A stretch of 64,000 nucleotides of DNA from an uncultured Fibrobacteraceae bacterium (GTDB lineage Bacteria > Krumholzibacteriota > Krumholzibacteriia > LZORAL124-64-63), in the NCBI GenBank assembly GCA_964524645.1, contig CAZGEC010000001.1, forward strand, positions 179,994-243,993, written 5' to 3'. Under the pieces are notes generated by a model. It made no database searches and was not told where the DNA came from. It worked only from the letters and a program-made list of their open reading frames with translations. This document shows positions 33,599 to 43,109 of the stretch, in pieces. The translations under genes were made by a program, and so were the position numbers. How positions within the stretch are numbered: the first letter of the stretch is position 1; each line of letters starts with the position of its first letter.

Positions 33599-34059
33599 GG
33601 GCGGATCCCGGACCAGCGATAACGCTCCTTGAGCGCTCCCCAGGACCTCCGGGTGGTGGCCGTGACACCGGGTTTGAGGATCAGGGTCTCGGTGTTCCAT
33701 TCTGCCGACGGGCAGATGCCGAACTGGATCAGGATGGTGCCGTTCCGCTCCGGATCGACCAGGTTCCCCTCGATCGGGATCAGCATCTGCTCCCCCTCGG
33801 CGATGGTCGCGGTGCAGAAGCCGTCCATCATGATCTGGCCGATGTCGGTGTTGTCATGTCCATCGAGATTCTGGAAGGCGAACTGGGCATCGCCGGGACC
33901 GGCCGTGAAGAGCGCCGTGAAATCGAAGTGCCCGGTGGCGTCGCTCTGCACCTGGGCCGGAGCATCGAAGGTATGAGCCATGGCCGCGGTGGCTCCCAGG
34001 AGAATGGCCAGGATCAGGCCCGGCAGACCCGGGCGCAGGATGGATGGCCGACGAGACAT
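33595..34059 (-). CDS. Small secreted protein with C-terminal SWGALKERYR motif
   Basis: Signal peptide MSRRPSILRPGLPGLILAILLGATAAMA. The C-terminal ...TTRRSWGALKERYRWSGIRP resembles the C-termini of the tandem paralogues at 22600..24030. Confidence 0.55.
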   Translation of the reverse strand: MSRRPSILRPGLPGLILAILLGATAAMAHTFDAPAQVQSDATGHFDFTALFTAGPGDAQFAFQNLDGHDNTDIGQIMMDGFCTATIAEGEQMLIPIEGNLVDPERNGTILIQFGICPSAEWNTETLILKPGVTATTRRSWGALKERYRWSGIRP

Positions 34060-34415
34060 CGCGTCTCCCTCCCGTGTGCGGTCGGTCGAACCGGGGGCGG
34101 CTGATCGAACTCCAAGTCAAGTGTAGCCCGCAGCTGGAGACCAGGGCAAGGGTTCCTGTTCCGGCTTGCGCCCGGATGTTTCCACGGCGACTCCCCGGTC
34201 CTGTCATGCTCGGATCTAGCACGAGAGCGCCCACAAGAATCCCCGGGCCGGAGGCGATCATGAATGGGAGGCCGAAGGCGGAATTCTGCGGAGGGACAGC
34301 CCCGGTCGGCTCCACAGGATATCTGCAGGCCGGCTGCACGGCCGTCGAGGCTGCAAGCTGAAGGCAGGTGAAGTCCCTCTACCGGCGCTGCCGAAATCGT
34401 CGCCGCGCCCCGCTG

Positions 34416-34646
34416 TCAGCTCAGGTCCCGGAACTGCTGCCACAGGCGGCTGAACCGGCTGGCGTAGACCATCTCGAACAGCTCCAGGCGATCGGGCAGA
34501 TTTTCCGCGCACCAGCGGCGCAGGTTGCGGATCTCGATCTCGATGTCGATGTCCGGGTAGTCGGTGGCGACGATCAAGAAGGCGATGCGATCGGCCCGCC
34601 GCTGCAGCACGCGGGCCGGTTCTTCGACGAGGTCGAGTCGGGTCAT
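34416..34646 (-). CDS. Small acidic hypothetical protein (76 aa)
   Basis: MTRLDLVEEPARVLQRRADRIAFLIVATDYPDIDIEIEIRNLRRWCAENLPDRLELFEMVYASRFSRLWQQFRDLS, with GAGAGGA RBS 8 nt upstream. The remainder of the 487-aa track ORF is antisense to the neighbouring gene. Confidence 0.4.
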   Translation of the reverse strand: MTRLDLVEEPARVLQRRADRIAFLIVATDYPDIDIEIEIRNLRRWCAENLPDRLELFEMVYASRFSRLWQQFRDLS

Positions 34647-34852
34647 CTCGTTGTCCTCTCGCGTGGCCGCTGGCGGCCGGCATGCAGCTCCGCGGCCATG
34701 TCGTTCCACAGGACAGCATAACCCGTGCGCGGGGCCGGGGCCAGGGATATGCAGGAGGATGGCGAGAATCGGCAGCGCCGGTCGGTTCCCCACCGGCCGG
34801 CGCCACATCGTCCTGAAGATTGCTCCCGGCGGGAGTGGGCCTGCGCCGGCGC

Positions 34853-35851
34853 TCAGTCCGCGTGCTCGATGACGATCCGCACGGTCCCGTCCAGCTCCGC
34901 CCGCAGGTCGGGTTTCTGCTCGGCCGCCGTCTCCACCTGCTCGCGCGGCAGGATCATGTTGGTGGCCAGGCAGCTGGCCACCGCGTCGGCGCGCTGCTCG
35001 GCCAGCGGCAGCGACTCGGCCACCACGACCACGCGGACCGGCGAATAGGGATGGCACCGGATCTCGTCGGTGGCGCGGATCACCCAGTCGCGACCGCGGT
35101 CGGTCAGCTTGGCTTGTTCCCGATTGAACAGCTCGCCGCCGGCCAGCTCCAGGCGGCGGTCGCCGTCCTGGCGGTAGTCCAGCGCCGGCAGGCGGAAGCT
35201 GACGCCGGCGTAGTTGTAGCTGTTGGTCCCCTTGTCGGTGATGCCGAAGACGTAGCTGTAGGGATAACCGACCTGGAGCATATCGCCGCGGTCGCCCCGG
35301 CCGTCCCAGGCCAGGCTGGCGGGCGGGGTTCCGCCGCCGGTGAAGGTCTTGAAGGGCGCGCCGCGGTAATCGGTGATGGTCAGCTGCCAGGACTGGACCT
35401 GGTGGCCCTCGGGATCCTGGGGGAAGAAGGTGACCATCGGGGCACGCGACATCGACCGCAGCCAGCAGTGCGGCGGCTGGTCGCTGGCCAGCTTCTCCAG
35501 GTTGTTCAGGTGGGGCTTCAGACCGCTCACCGGGCTGATGCCAAGGGCCTCCTCGTCCATCGCCGTGAAGAAGGAGTCCACCAGGGCGGCATCCAGATCG
35601 AAGCTGAAGGACCCCTTCTGGATCTGCTGCCGCACCTTGTTCTCGGCCTCGACGGTGATCTCGGGCAGGGCGGCTCCGCCCTCTCCCGCCTGGGTGAACT
35701 CCTGACCATCGGCCGGGCCGCCCGCGGCCGTCTGGTCCGCGGTCTGCGCCGCGGTGGAGCCGGCCAGCAGGACCAGCAGCGCCAGGATGTTCAGCAGGCC
35801 CGCCGCCCGCAGCCGGGCGTCCTCGGTGATTGCATGGCTCGAACTGCGCAT
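34853..35851 (-). CDS. Secreted protein with degenerate OmpA/MotB-like peptidoglycan-binding C-terminal domain (Pal-like position)
   Basis: Start M21 of the track ORF (signal peptide MRSSSHAITEDARLRAAGLLNILALLVLLAGSTAAQ). C-terminal ...FNREQAKLTDRGRDWV...RVVVVAESLPLAEQRADAVASCLATNMILP...RIVIEHAD resembles OmpA_C. Lies directly downstream of tonB. Confidence 0.5.
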   Translation of the reverse strand: MRSSSHAITEDARLRAAGLLNILALLVLLAGSTAAQTADQTAAGGPADGQEFTQAGEGGAALPEITVEAENKVRQQIQKGSFSFDLDAALVDSFFTAMDEEALGISPVSGLKPHLNNLEKLASDQPPHCWLRSMSRAPMVTFFPQDPEGHQVQSWQLTITDYRGAPFKTFTGGGTPPASLAWDGRGDRGDMLQVGYPYSYVFGITDKGTNSYNYAGVSFRLPALDYRQDGDRRLELAGGELFNREQAKLTDRGRDWVIRATDEIRCHPYSPVRVVVVAESLPLAEQRADAVASCLATNMILPREQVETAAEQKPDLRAELDGTVRIVIEHAD

Positions 35852-35879
35852 GGTCGTTCCTCGCTCCCCCGGGCCGCAC

Positions 35880-37133
35880 TCAATGCAGCCGGAAGACGAT
35901 GGTGATGACACCCCACTGCTCCACCGCCGCCTGTTCGGCGCGCAGAGGGGCGAAGCGGAACTGCTTGAGAGCCTCCATGGCGGAGCGGTTCAGGTCGCGG
36001 TGCACCGAGCTCTGCTCGAAGTACATGTTGTCCTTGACCCGGCCGTCGGCCAGCACGGTGAAGTGCACTGCCACGACCCCCTCCCAGCCATGCCGGCGGG
36101 CCTCGTCGGGGTACACCGGCGTCACGCTGGAGAGGATCTTGCGGCCCTGGATCTGACCGGAGATGGTCATGCTCACGCCCTGGCCGGAGGCCGGCACCTC
36201 GGCCACGGACTGCGGGGCGCTCTCCTGCTTCTGCTCCTGCTGGACGATGGTCCGGGTGTCGACGACCTCGGCCAGCCGGCCGCGCCGCCCCGCCAGGGCG
36301 CCGCCACCGCCCCCGCTGCCCGTCCCGTAGTCGAGGATCGTCTTGCGGGCGGAGCTCTCGCTGCCGCCGCCGCCGCTCGGGCCTCCCACGTCCACGACGC
36401 CGGAGCCGCCGGAGTCGTGCGTCGTGCGGGTCGCGGGCGCGAGGCCCGCCACCACGGCGGGCGCCGTTCCCTGAGCCGCGCGCAGGGCACCCCCGCCCAG
36501 GTTGGCCGGCACATCGGCCACGGTTCCCCGCGACCCGCCGCTCGGCGCGGCCACGGGCTTGTCGGTGATGATGATCTTGCCGCTGCGGCTCTGCAGGCTG
36601 GCGCTGGCCGGCCGGAAGGCATCGGCGGCCGGCGCACCGGCGGCCGGCGTCAGCCTGGCCGTCGCGTCCGCGACCTGCTGGGCGCGCAGCTCCCGCTGGT
36701 CCAGGACGGGCTGGACCGCGGCCTGGAAGTCCTTGGCTTCCAGCTTGCTGCTCGCCTCGAGCATCTGCGGCTGGGCCTTGGGCGCTATCTGCGGCGCCGC
36801 CACGTCCATCACGGCCGGCTTGGACTCCGGCCGCGGCGGCTCCGGCGATTTCGACTTCGGCTTGATGGCCGAATCGGTGCTGATCCCCCGCCCCGGTTCT
36901 TCCGCCAGCTGCGGCCGGAGGGGCATCTGCTTGAGCTTCACCTTGGCGGCGACGTCCTCGCCATAGGTGGCCTCGATGTACGAGATCTCGGTCAGCTCTC
37001 CCACCTTGTCCAGCAAACCCGTCTGACGGCCCACCTGGTAGAGGAGCAGCAGGAAGAGCAGCGCATGGAGAGCCGTGCTGGCCACCAGGCTGCCCCGCGT
37101 GGGGCGGCTGCGGTCCACGGCGGTCCTGATCAT
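35880..37133 (-). CDS. tonB: TonB-family energy transducer (second copy)
   Basis: N-terminal TM (LVASTALHALLFLLLLY), Pro/Ala/Gly-rich linker and a TonB_C domain (ILSSVTPVYPDEARRHGWEGVVAVHFTVLADGRVKD...AMEALKQFRFAPL). Start overlaps the exbD stop (ATGA). Confidence 0.75.
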   Translation of the reverse strand: MIRTAVDRSRPTRGSLVASTALHALLFLLLLYQVGRQTGLLDKVGELTEISYIEATYGEDVAAKVKLKQMPLRPQLAEEPGRGISTDSAIKPKSKSPEPPRPESKPAVMDVAAPQIAPKAQPQMLEASSKLEAKDFQAAVQPVLDQRELRAQQVADATARLTPAAGAPAADAFRPASASLQSRSGKIIITDKPVAAPSGGSRGTVADVPANLGGGALRAAQGTAPAVVAGLAPATRTTHDSGGSGVVDVGGPSGGGGSESSARKTILDYGTGSGGGGGALAGRRGRLAEVVDTRTIVQQEQKQESAPQSVAEVPASGQGVSMTISGQIQGRKILSSVTPVYPDEARRHGWEGVVAVHFTVLADGRVKDNMYFEQSSVHRDLNRSAMEALKQFRFAPLRAEQAAVEQWGVITIVFRLH

Positions 37134-37543
37134 TGCTCCCCCCCTTCGTCCTTCTGCCGGGTCGCCAGGGCGATGCGCGGCGCCTGGGCCGCTTCCACCT
37201 TGGCGATCAGCTGCTCGACGTCCCCGTAGATCAGGGCCTTGTCGGCCTTCACCACCGCCACGCCGTCCGGAGCCGCCTCGAACAGCTCCTTCAGGAAGGG
37301 CTGCAGCTCCTCGGGCTCCACCTGGAAGTCCCCCACGAAGATCTCGTGGTCCAGGGTGTAGGTGATCTCGATGTTGTCCGCGTCGTCCACCTCGCTGGCC
37401 CGTGCCTCCGGCAGATCGACGCCCTGCTCGTTCTCGCTCAGGAAGGGAGCGATCAGCATGAGGGTCAGCACGACCACCAGCGAGACGTTGATGATCGGTG
37501 ACACGTCGATCGTGTTCTCGTAGTTGAAGCCGTGCGGGATCAT
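37130..37543 (-). CDS. exbD: ExbD/TolR biopolymer transport protein (copy 2 of 2 in this cluster)
   Basis: Start M32 of the track ORF. MIPHGFNYENTIDVSPIINVSLVVVLTLMLIAPF. Confidence 0.8.
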   Translation of the reverse strand: MIPHGFNYENTIDVSPIINVSLVVVLTLMLIAPFLSENEQGVDLPEARASEVDDADNIEITYTLDHEIFVGDFQVEPEELQPFLKELFEAAPDGVAVVKADKALIYGDVEQLIAKVEAAQAPRIALATRQKDEGGEQ

Positions 37544-37974
37544 GGCCGCCCTCCCAGCTCGTTCAGGAGGGCCAGGGCCCCGGCGCCGCTCGCCTTGGCG
37601 ATGTCCAGGACCGTGACCACCTGGCCATAGAGGCACTGATCGACCGGCACGATGACGACCGTCTTGTCGTCACGGGCCGCCAGCCGAGCCCGCAGCTTCC
37701 CCTCCAGCTCGGCCAGGGTCACCGTCTCGCCCGCCAGGACGATCCGATCCGGCTCCACGCGGATGGTCGTGATCTCGTCCTTGGCCTTGACGGTGGGCGT
37801 GATCACCTGCTCCTCGGAGCTGGCCTCGGCGGAGTTCACCTGGATGCCGTTCCACATGATGGCCGGCATGGTGATGAGGAAGACGACGATGAGCGTCGTC
37901 GTCACGTCCGCCAGCGGCGTGACGTTGGCCCGGGTGATCGCGGCGGTGAAGCGTCCTTGCTTACTGATGGACAT
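37540..37974 (-). CDS. exbD: ExbD/TolR biopolymer transport protein (copy 1 of 2)
   Basis: MSISKQGRFTAAITRANVTPLADVTTTLIVVFLITMP. GGAGAGG RBS. Stop overlaps the next exbD start. Confidence 0.8.
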   Translation of the reverse strand: MSISKQGRFTAAITRANVTPLADVTTTLIVVFLITMPAIMWNGIQVNSAEASSEEQVITPTVKAKDEITTIRVEPDRIVLAGETVTLAELEGKLRARLAARDDKTVVIVPVDQCLYGQVVTVLDIAKASGAGALALLNELGGRP

Positions 37975-37995
37975 GTTGCTACCTCGCCTCTCCGC

Positions 37996-38721
37996 CTACT
38001 TGAGGATGTCGGCCAGGACCGGCTCCAGATCCATGTTGGTCTTGGCCGGCTTGCGCGACGCCGGAGCCTTGGCGGCGGTCTCCTGCGCCGGCGCGACCTT
38101 GCGGAGCAGGTTGGCGCGCAGGATGAAGAACTCCTCGCGCGCGTCCTCCATGTCCACCACGCGGCAGCGAATCTGCCGCACGAAGGTGTTGAAGAACACC
38201 GTGGCGATCACCGCGACGATGATGCCGGCGGCCGTGGTCATGAGGGCCTCGGAAACGCCCATGGCCACCACGGAGCTGCCCCCGGAACCGGTGCGGGCGA
38301 TATCCGCGAAGGCGCGGATGATCCCGACCACCGTGCCGAAGAGGCCGAGCAGGGGCGCGATGTTGCTCATGGTCCCCAGCAGGCTGAGGTGGCGCTCCAT
38401 CTCCACCTGCTCCACCTCGATGGCGGTGTTGATGCGCTGCTGCAGGTCCTCGCGGCTGCGGTGCATGTTGGTCACGGCCTGGGCCATGACCCGGGCGACC
38501 GCCCCCTTGCCTTTCCGGCAGTACTCCAGCGCGCCCTTGGCATTGTTCGCGTTCACCAGCGGGCCCAGCTCCTTCATGAAGCGCCCGACGTTCTGGCGGG
38601 TGGCGCGGAAGTAGAAGGTCCGCTCGAGGGCGAAGCCGACCGTGATGATGGAGCAGACGAGCAGCACCACCATGGTCGGCGAGGCCAGGAACAGATCGAT
38701 GAGCGACAGTTCGCCAAACAT
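37996..38721 (-). CDS. exbB: MotA/TolQ/ExbB proton-channel protein (second copy)
   Basis: 241 aa, 3 TM, conserved ...APLLGLFGTVVGIIRAF...EALMTTAAGIIVAVIATVFFN. AGGAGAGG RBS. Confidence 0.85.
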   Translation of the reverse strand: MFGELSLIDLFLASPTMVVLLVCSIITVGFALERTFYFRATRQNVGRFMKELGPLVNANNAKGALEYCRKGKGAVARVMAQAVTNMHRSREDLQQRINTAIEVEQVEMERHLSLLGTMSNIAPLLGLFGTVVGIIRAFADIARTGSGGSSVVAMGVSEALMTTAAGIIVAVIATVFFNTFVRQIRCRVVDMEDAREEFFILRANLLRKVAPAQETAAKAPASRKPAKTNMDLEPVLADILK

Positions 38722-38751
38722 TTCCCTCTCCTTACTCTCCCGTTGTGCCGG

Positions 38752-41700
38752 CTAGCCGCCGGCGACCTCCATTTCCCTCAGGGCGGCGATCCGGCCTTGG
38801 GCCATCTCGGTCCATTCGGGTTTCCCGTGGGCATCGACGATCTTTTGGTAGGCGGTGATGGCCCCCGCCCAGTCCCCCCGCTTCTCCAGGATCTGGCCGA
38901 TCTGGGCCAGGCTGGCGATCCGGAAGGGATCGACGGCGGAACCGGCATCCGCCTTGCGGTAGCTGGCCAGGGCCTGCTCGAGGTCTCCGGCCTTCTCCCA
39001 GCACTCACCCTGGCGGAAGCGGATCTCCGCCGGGTTGGTCCCGTCCTGGGCCAGCGCCTTCTCGTAGGCGTCGACCGCATGGGGATAATCCCCGAGCTCC
39101 TCCTGATAAAGCGCACCGACCTGCTGCCAGAGGCCCTTGGCGTTCTCGTGGTTCGGGTACTGGGCCAGGAAGCGCTCGTAGCCGCCGACCGCGGCCGTCC
39201 AGTCCTCCAGCTCCTGGTAGCAGATGGCGGCGTTGTAGGCCGCCAGCGCCGCGTACTCCCCTTCCGGGAAGAGGTCCATCATCGCCTCGTAGGCGGCGGC
39301 GGACTCGGTGAAGCGCTCCAGCTTGAAGAGCACCGTGGCGGCGCGGAAGTGCGCCAGCTCCGCCAGGTCGTTCTCGGGATGGGTGGTCGTGAAGTTGCGG
39401 TACCCGGCCAGAGCCGGCTCCAGCTCCTCCTGCCGGTAGTAGCTCTCCGCCAGGTAGAACAGGGCGCCGGGACCGCTCTCGCTGTCCGGGTAGTCCAGGG
39501 TCACCTTCTCGAAGGCCTTGGCGGCCGTCGTGTAGTCGCCGGCCGCAAAGGCCTCCTGGCCCTTGTTCCAGTAGACGTCCGCGGCCAGGGCGCTGTCGGG
39601 ATGGCGATCCAGGTACTGCGTCATGTCCTTGCCGCTGCGGTAGTAGCAGGACTGGATCCCCAGCTCGGCGTCCTCGACGCGCTCGTCGTCCGGATAGGTC
39701 TCGGCGAAGGAGGAGAAGGCCGCGATCGCCGCCTCGTCCTCGCCCAGGTTGTATGCGCAGCTGGCGATGCCGAAGGCGGCATCGGCAACGTGCGCGCCCT
39801 GCGGGTAGCTGCTCTGCAAGCGCCGGTAGCTGGTCCGGGCCTCGGCGAAGCGCGCCAGTCCGAACTGGGTGTCGGCGATGCGATAGAGCGCTTCCGCGGC
39901 CTCGGCCGACTGGGGAAAGCGGGCCAGCAGGTCGGACCAGGTCTGCAAGGCCTGCTCGTAGTACTGGAGGCGGTAGTAGCATGCGCCGAGGTTCTGGAGC
40001 GCCGCCGGGGCCTCGGGGCTGTTCGGGTGCTTCTCCAGAAAGCCCGTGAACTGCTGCAGGGCCTCCTGGTAGTTGTGCTGGTTGAAGTGGATGCTGCCGA
40101 CCGCCAGAGCGTTGTTGCCCTCCTCGCTGTCCGCGTTGCCGAGCGCGAGCAGGAACTTCTGCTGCTCCGCCAGGGCCAGCTCGTAATCTCCGCACCGGCT
40201 GAGGCTGGCCACCAGCCCCTGCAAGGCGGGCGCGGCCACGTTGCTGCGCGGGTAGCCCGTCAGCACCAGCCGGTACATGTCACCGGCCTGCTGGTACAGG
40301 CCCTGGGCGTAGTAGGCCTCGCCGAGATAGTAGTAGGTCCGGGCCCGCCAGTAGCTCGGCGTGGGCAGCAGGCGGCTGGCGATGTAGTTGTAGTTGGTGA
40401 TCACGCGATCGAGCTGACCCTGTTCCGTGTAGGCCAGCGTCGAGAGGAAGAGAGCGCGCTCGGCGACGTCGGTGTTGACGTTCTTGTCCAGCACGTTCTG
40501 ATAGGCCATGACGGCCTCGTTGTACTCGCCGAGCTTGTAGTGGCTGAAGCCCTTCAGCACGTGCACGCGGGCGGCCAGGGGATCGCCGGGGAATCGCTTC
40601 AGGAACTCCTGGGCCATGAGGACGGCCTGGCCGTAGTTGCCCTCGGAGACGTAGGCATAGCAGATCTTGTGCAGGGCAGCGCTGGCCACGTGACTCTCGC
40701 CGAACCCGTGCACGACCTCGGTGTACGCGAAGATGGCCTCGGCGGTGCGCTCCAGCTGCATGTAGCAATCGCCGATCAGGTACTGGGCGTAGGCGCAGAC
40801 CATGTCGCCGGCGAAGCTCTTGCAGATCTCCTCCAGCTGACGGATGCTCTCGTCGAAACGCCCCTCGCTGTAGGTCACGCACGCCATCTTGTAGCGCGCG
40901 TTGGGCACGAACGGGCTCTCCGGGAAGTCGTCGATGAAGGAGCGGTAGCTGCGCACGGCCACGGCGTTCTGACCGCTGCGATAGAAGGCCTCGGCGATGC
41001 TGAAGGCGACGTCGTCCGCCAGGGGGCTGTCGGGATACTGCCGCAGCACCTGCTTGTAGCGCTGGATGGCGAGGATGTACTTGCCCGTGTCCTCGTAGCA
41101 GCGTCCCAGGTAGTAGAGCCCGCGGTCGCTCGGCACCTCCTCGAAGTAGGCCGTTGCGTCCTCGTAGCGCTGCTCCTGGTAGGCGAACAGGCCGAGGGCG
41201 AACTTGACCTGGGGCAGTTCCTTGTAGCCGGGGCGCGACTCCAGCAGCTCGCGATAGGCCGCGCGCAGCTTCAACCAGTTGCCCTGCACGATGTAGGTCA
41301 GGCCGCTCTCGTAGAGCGCCTCGGCCAGCAGGAAGGTGTCGTCGTACTTGTCCACCAGCCTGTCGTAGGAAGCGATCGCTGCGTCGAAATCACCCAGGTT
41401 GAAGTGGCACTCGCCCCGGCGCAGGAGCACGCTGGCCGCGAGGTAGTCGTCCCGCCCCTTGTACTTTTCCACGCGGTCGTACTCCTGCAGAGCCGCCTTG
41501 TAGTCGCCCACGGCGAAGTAGCACTCGCCCAGCATGTACTGAGCCCGGGCCGCGCGGTTGCTCTTGTGATAGGTCTGCACGAAGAGACGGTACTGCTGCA
41601 TGGCGGCCGATTTGTCCACGCCGGCGGCGTAGGCCGCACCGGCCGCTTGCCACAGAGCGTCCTCGGTGGGCACCTCGCTATCCTTGGCGAGGACCGGGCC

Positions 41701-41775
41701 GGTCCAGGTCAGGCTCAAGCCCAGCAGCAAGAGCAGGACTGCGGCGCCGCGGCGTCCGCTGGCTGCGGATCTCAT
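38752..41775 (-). CDS. Large TPR-repeat protein (about 20+ TPR units), secreted
   Basis: 1007 aa with a signal peptide (AAVLLLLLGLSLTWTGPVLA), then tandem 34-aa TPR units (A..Y.LG.CYF..G.Y..A...Y). 4-nt overlap with the upstream PorV-like gene. Confidence 0.8.
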   Translation of the reverse strand: MRSAASGRRGAAVLLLLLGLSLTWTGPVLAKDSEVPTEDALWQAAGAAYAAGVDKSAAMQQYRLFVQTYHKSNRAARAQYMLGECYFAVGDYKAALQEYDRVEKYKGRDDYLAASVLLRRGECHFNLGDFDAAIASYDRLVDKYDDTFLLAEALYESGLTYIVQGNWLKLRAAYRELLESRPGYKELPQVKFALGLFAYQEQRYEDATAYFEEVPSDRGLYYLGRCYEDTGKYILAIQRYKQVLRQYPDSPLADDVAFSIAEAFYRSGQNAVAVRSYRSFIDDFPESPFVPNARYKMACVTYSEGRFDESIRQLEEICKSFAGDMVCAYAQYLIGDCYMQLERTAEAIFAYTEVVHGFGESHVASAALHKICYAYVSEGNYGQAVLMAQEFLKRFPGDPLAARVHVLKGFSHYKLGEYNEAVMAYQNVLDKNVNTDVAERALFLSTLAYTEQGQLDRVITNYNYIASRLLPTPSYWRARTYYYLGEAYYAQGLYQQAGDMYRLVLTGYPRSNVAAPALQGLVASLSRCGDYELALAEQQKFLLALGNADSEEGNNALAVGSIHFNQHNYQEALQQFTGFLEKHPNSPEAPAALQNLGACYYRLQYYEQALQTWSDLLARFPQSAEAAEALYRIADTQFGLARFAEARTSYRRLQSSYPQGAHVADAAFGIASCAYNLGEDEAAIAAFSSFAETYPDDERVEDAELGIQSCYYRSGKDMTQYLDRHPDSALAADVYWNKGQEAFAAGDYTTAAKAFEKVTLDYPDSESGPGALFYLAESYYRQEELEPALAGYRNFTTTHPENDLAELAHFRAATVLFKLERFTESAAAYEAMMDLFPEGEYAALAAYNAAICYQELEDWTAAVGGYERFLAQYPNHENAKGLWQQVGALYQEELGDYPHAVDAYEKALAQDGTNPAEIRFRQGECWEKAGDLEQALASYRKADAGSAVDPFRIASLAQIGQILEKRGDWAGAITAYQKIVDAHGKPEWTEMAQGRIAALREMEVAGG

Positions 41776-43100
41776 CGCTGATCCCCCTCCGTAGAGTTGT
41801 CCGAACCGCCGTTGATCTCCACCCGGATGGGGACCCGGGTGCGGTCACGGAAGCCCAGCACCTCGACGCTGGTCTCGTAGTCCCATTCCTGGCCGAGGTC
41901 GTCCAGGATGATCACCTGGGCCGCATAGTCGCCGTCCGCCACCAGGCGGCCCTGGTCGTCGTCGCCGTTCCAGGCGATGCCCTCGGGCGGCTCGCCATTC
42001 CCCTGCAGGCGCCGCACGACGTTGCCGTCGCCGTCGCGGATCAGAAGCTGCCAGGATTCCACGTGGCCGCGGACGGCCGTGTCGATGGTGAAGTTCACCG
42101 AGCGCTCCGCGCCCGAGGGGCTGAACAGCTCGCGGTCGCGGTGCATCTTGACGCCGTACGGGACACCGAAACGGAAGGTGGCGCTCACGACGTTGGACGC
42201 TCCCAGCTCGTGGTCGATGAAGGCGTAGTCCAGCTGCCAGTTCTCCCAGCGCACGCCGAGGCCGGCGCTGAACTGCTCCTTGCCGGTGTCGTAGCCGCCG
42301 CGCACGCCGATGGCGCGCGTGGGCCAGACCTCGAGACCGGTGTGGAAGCTGGCGTCCATGTACTCGGTCTTGACCAGATCGGCCAGGGCCAGCAATCGGT
42401 TGTTGAAGAAGCGCAGGGCCAATCCTCCGCGCACGCTGCGCACCAGCTTCTCCGCGTCCTCCTCCAGCGTGATCTCCGGCGCCACCAGGTTCTGCACTGC
42501 CGCTCCCAGGCTGAGGTTGCGGTGCGGGCGCAGGTAGACGCCAACGTCGACGCCTGTGCCGCTGCCCTTGCTGCCGCCCACGTTCTGCGAGACCGACTTG
42601 AGGTTCAGTCCCCAGGCGAAACGGCCGCTGCCACGCGCGAAGCTGAGACAGAAGGCCCCCTCCCGCTCGCTGAAGGACTCGTCCAGATCCTCGAAGATCG
42701 TGGCGCGCTCGAACTCGCCGCTCGAGACCAGCGAGCCGCTCAGGGCGAAGGTCCCCCAGTGCTCGGTGGGCAACCCCAGCGCGAAGAAGGTGTAGCGAGT
42801 GTCCTCGAAGAGGATGGCCTCCATGCCCGTCAGCTCCATGGTGCGCAACTGGGACAGGCCCGCCGGATTCCAGTAAGCCGTGGCCACGTCGTCGGCCAGC
42901 CCCGCCACGGCGTTGCCCAGGCCCAGGCTGCGCGCGCTGGAGCCGTAGCGCAGGTAGCTGCCGGGGATGCCGGCGTCGTCGGCGGCCCTAACCGGTCCGG
43001 CTGCGAGCAAGAAGGCCAGGCCGCAGACCGGCAGGAGCGGGATCGCGCGGGGACGGCGGCCGCCGCGCGGGATGCGAGGTGCTGTGCGTCGTTGCCTCAT
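41772..43100 (-). CDS. PorV/PorQ- (or PorP/SprF-) like outer-membrane beta-barrel with extra C-terminal FlgD-Ig-like domain
   Basis: 442 aa with a signal peptide. The N-terminal motif ARSLGLGNAVAGLADDVATAYWNPAGLSQL matches the OMP at 10509..11774 and the T9SS shuttle-protein family signature. The C-terminal ~100 aa (GIAWNGDDDQGRLVADGDYAAQVIILD) resembles a FlgD-Ig fold. It lies immediately downstream of the giant CTD-bearing protein. Confidence 0.65.
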   Translation of the reverse strand: MRQRRTAPRIPRGGRRPRAIPLLPVCGLAFLLAAGPVRAADDAGIPGSYLRYGSSARSLGLGNAVAGLADDVATAYWNPAGLSQLRTMELTGMEAILFEDTRYTFFALGLPTEHWGTFALSGSLVSSGEFERATIFEDLDESFSEREGAFCLSFARGSGRFAWGLNLKSVSQNVGGSKGSGTGVDVGVYLRPHRNLSLGAAVQNLVAPEITLEEDAEKLVRSVRGGLALRFFNNRLLALADLVKTEYMDASFHTGLEVWPTRAIGVRGGYDTGKEQFSAGLGVRWENWQLDYAFIDHELGASNVVSATFRFGVPYGVKMHRDRELFSPSGAERSVNFTIDTAVRGHVESWQLLIRDGDGNVVRRLQGNGEPPEGIAWNGDDDQGRLVADGDYAAQVIILDDLGQEWDYETSVEVLGFRDRTRVPIRVEINGGSDNSTEGDQR

Positions 43101-43109
43101 GCTGTTCCC

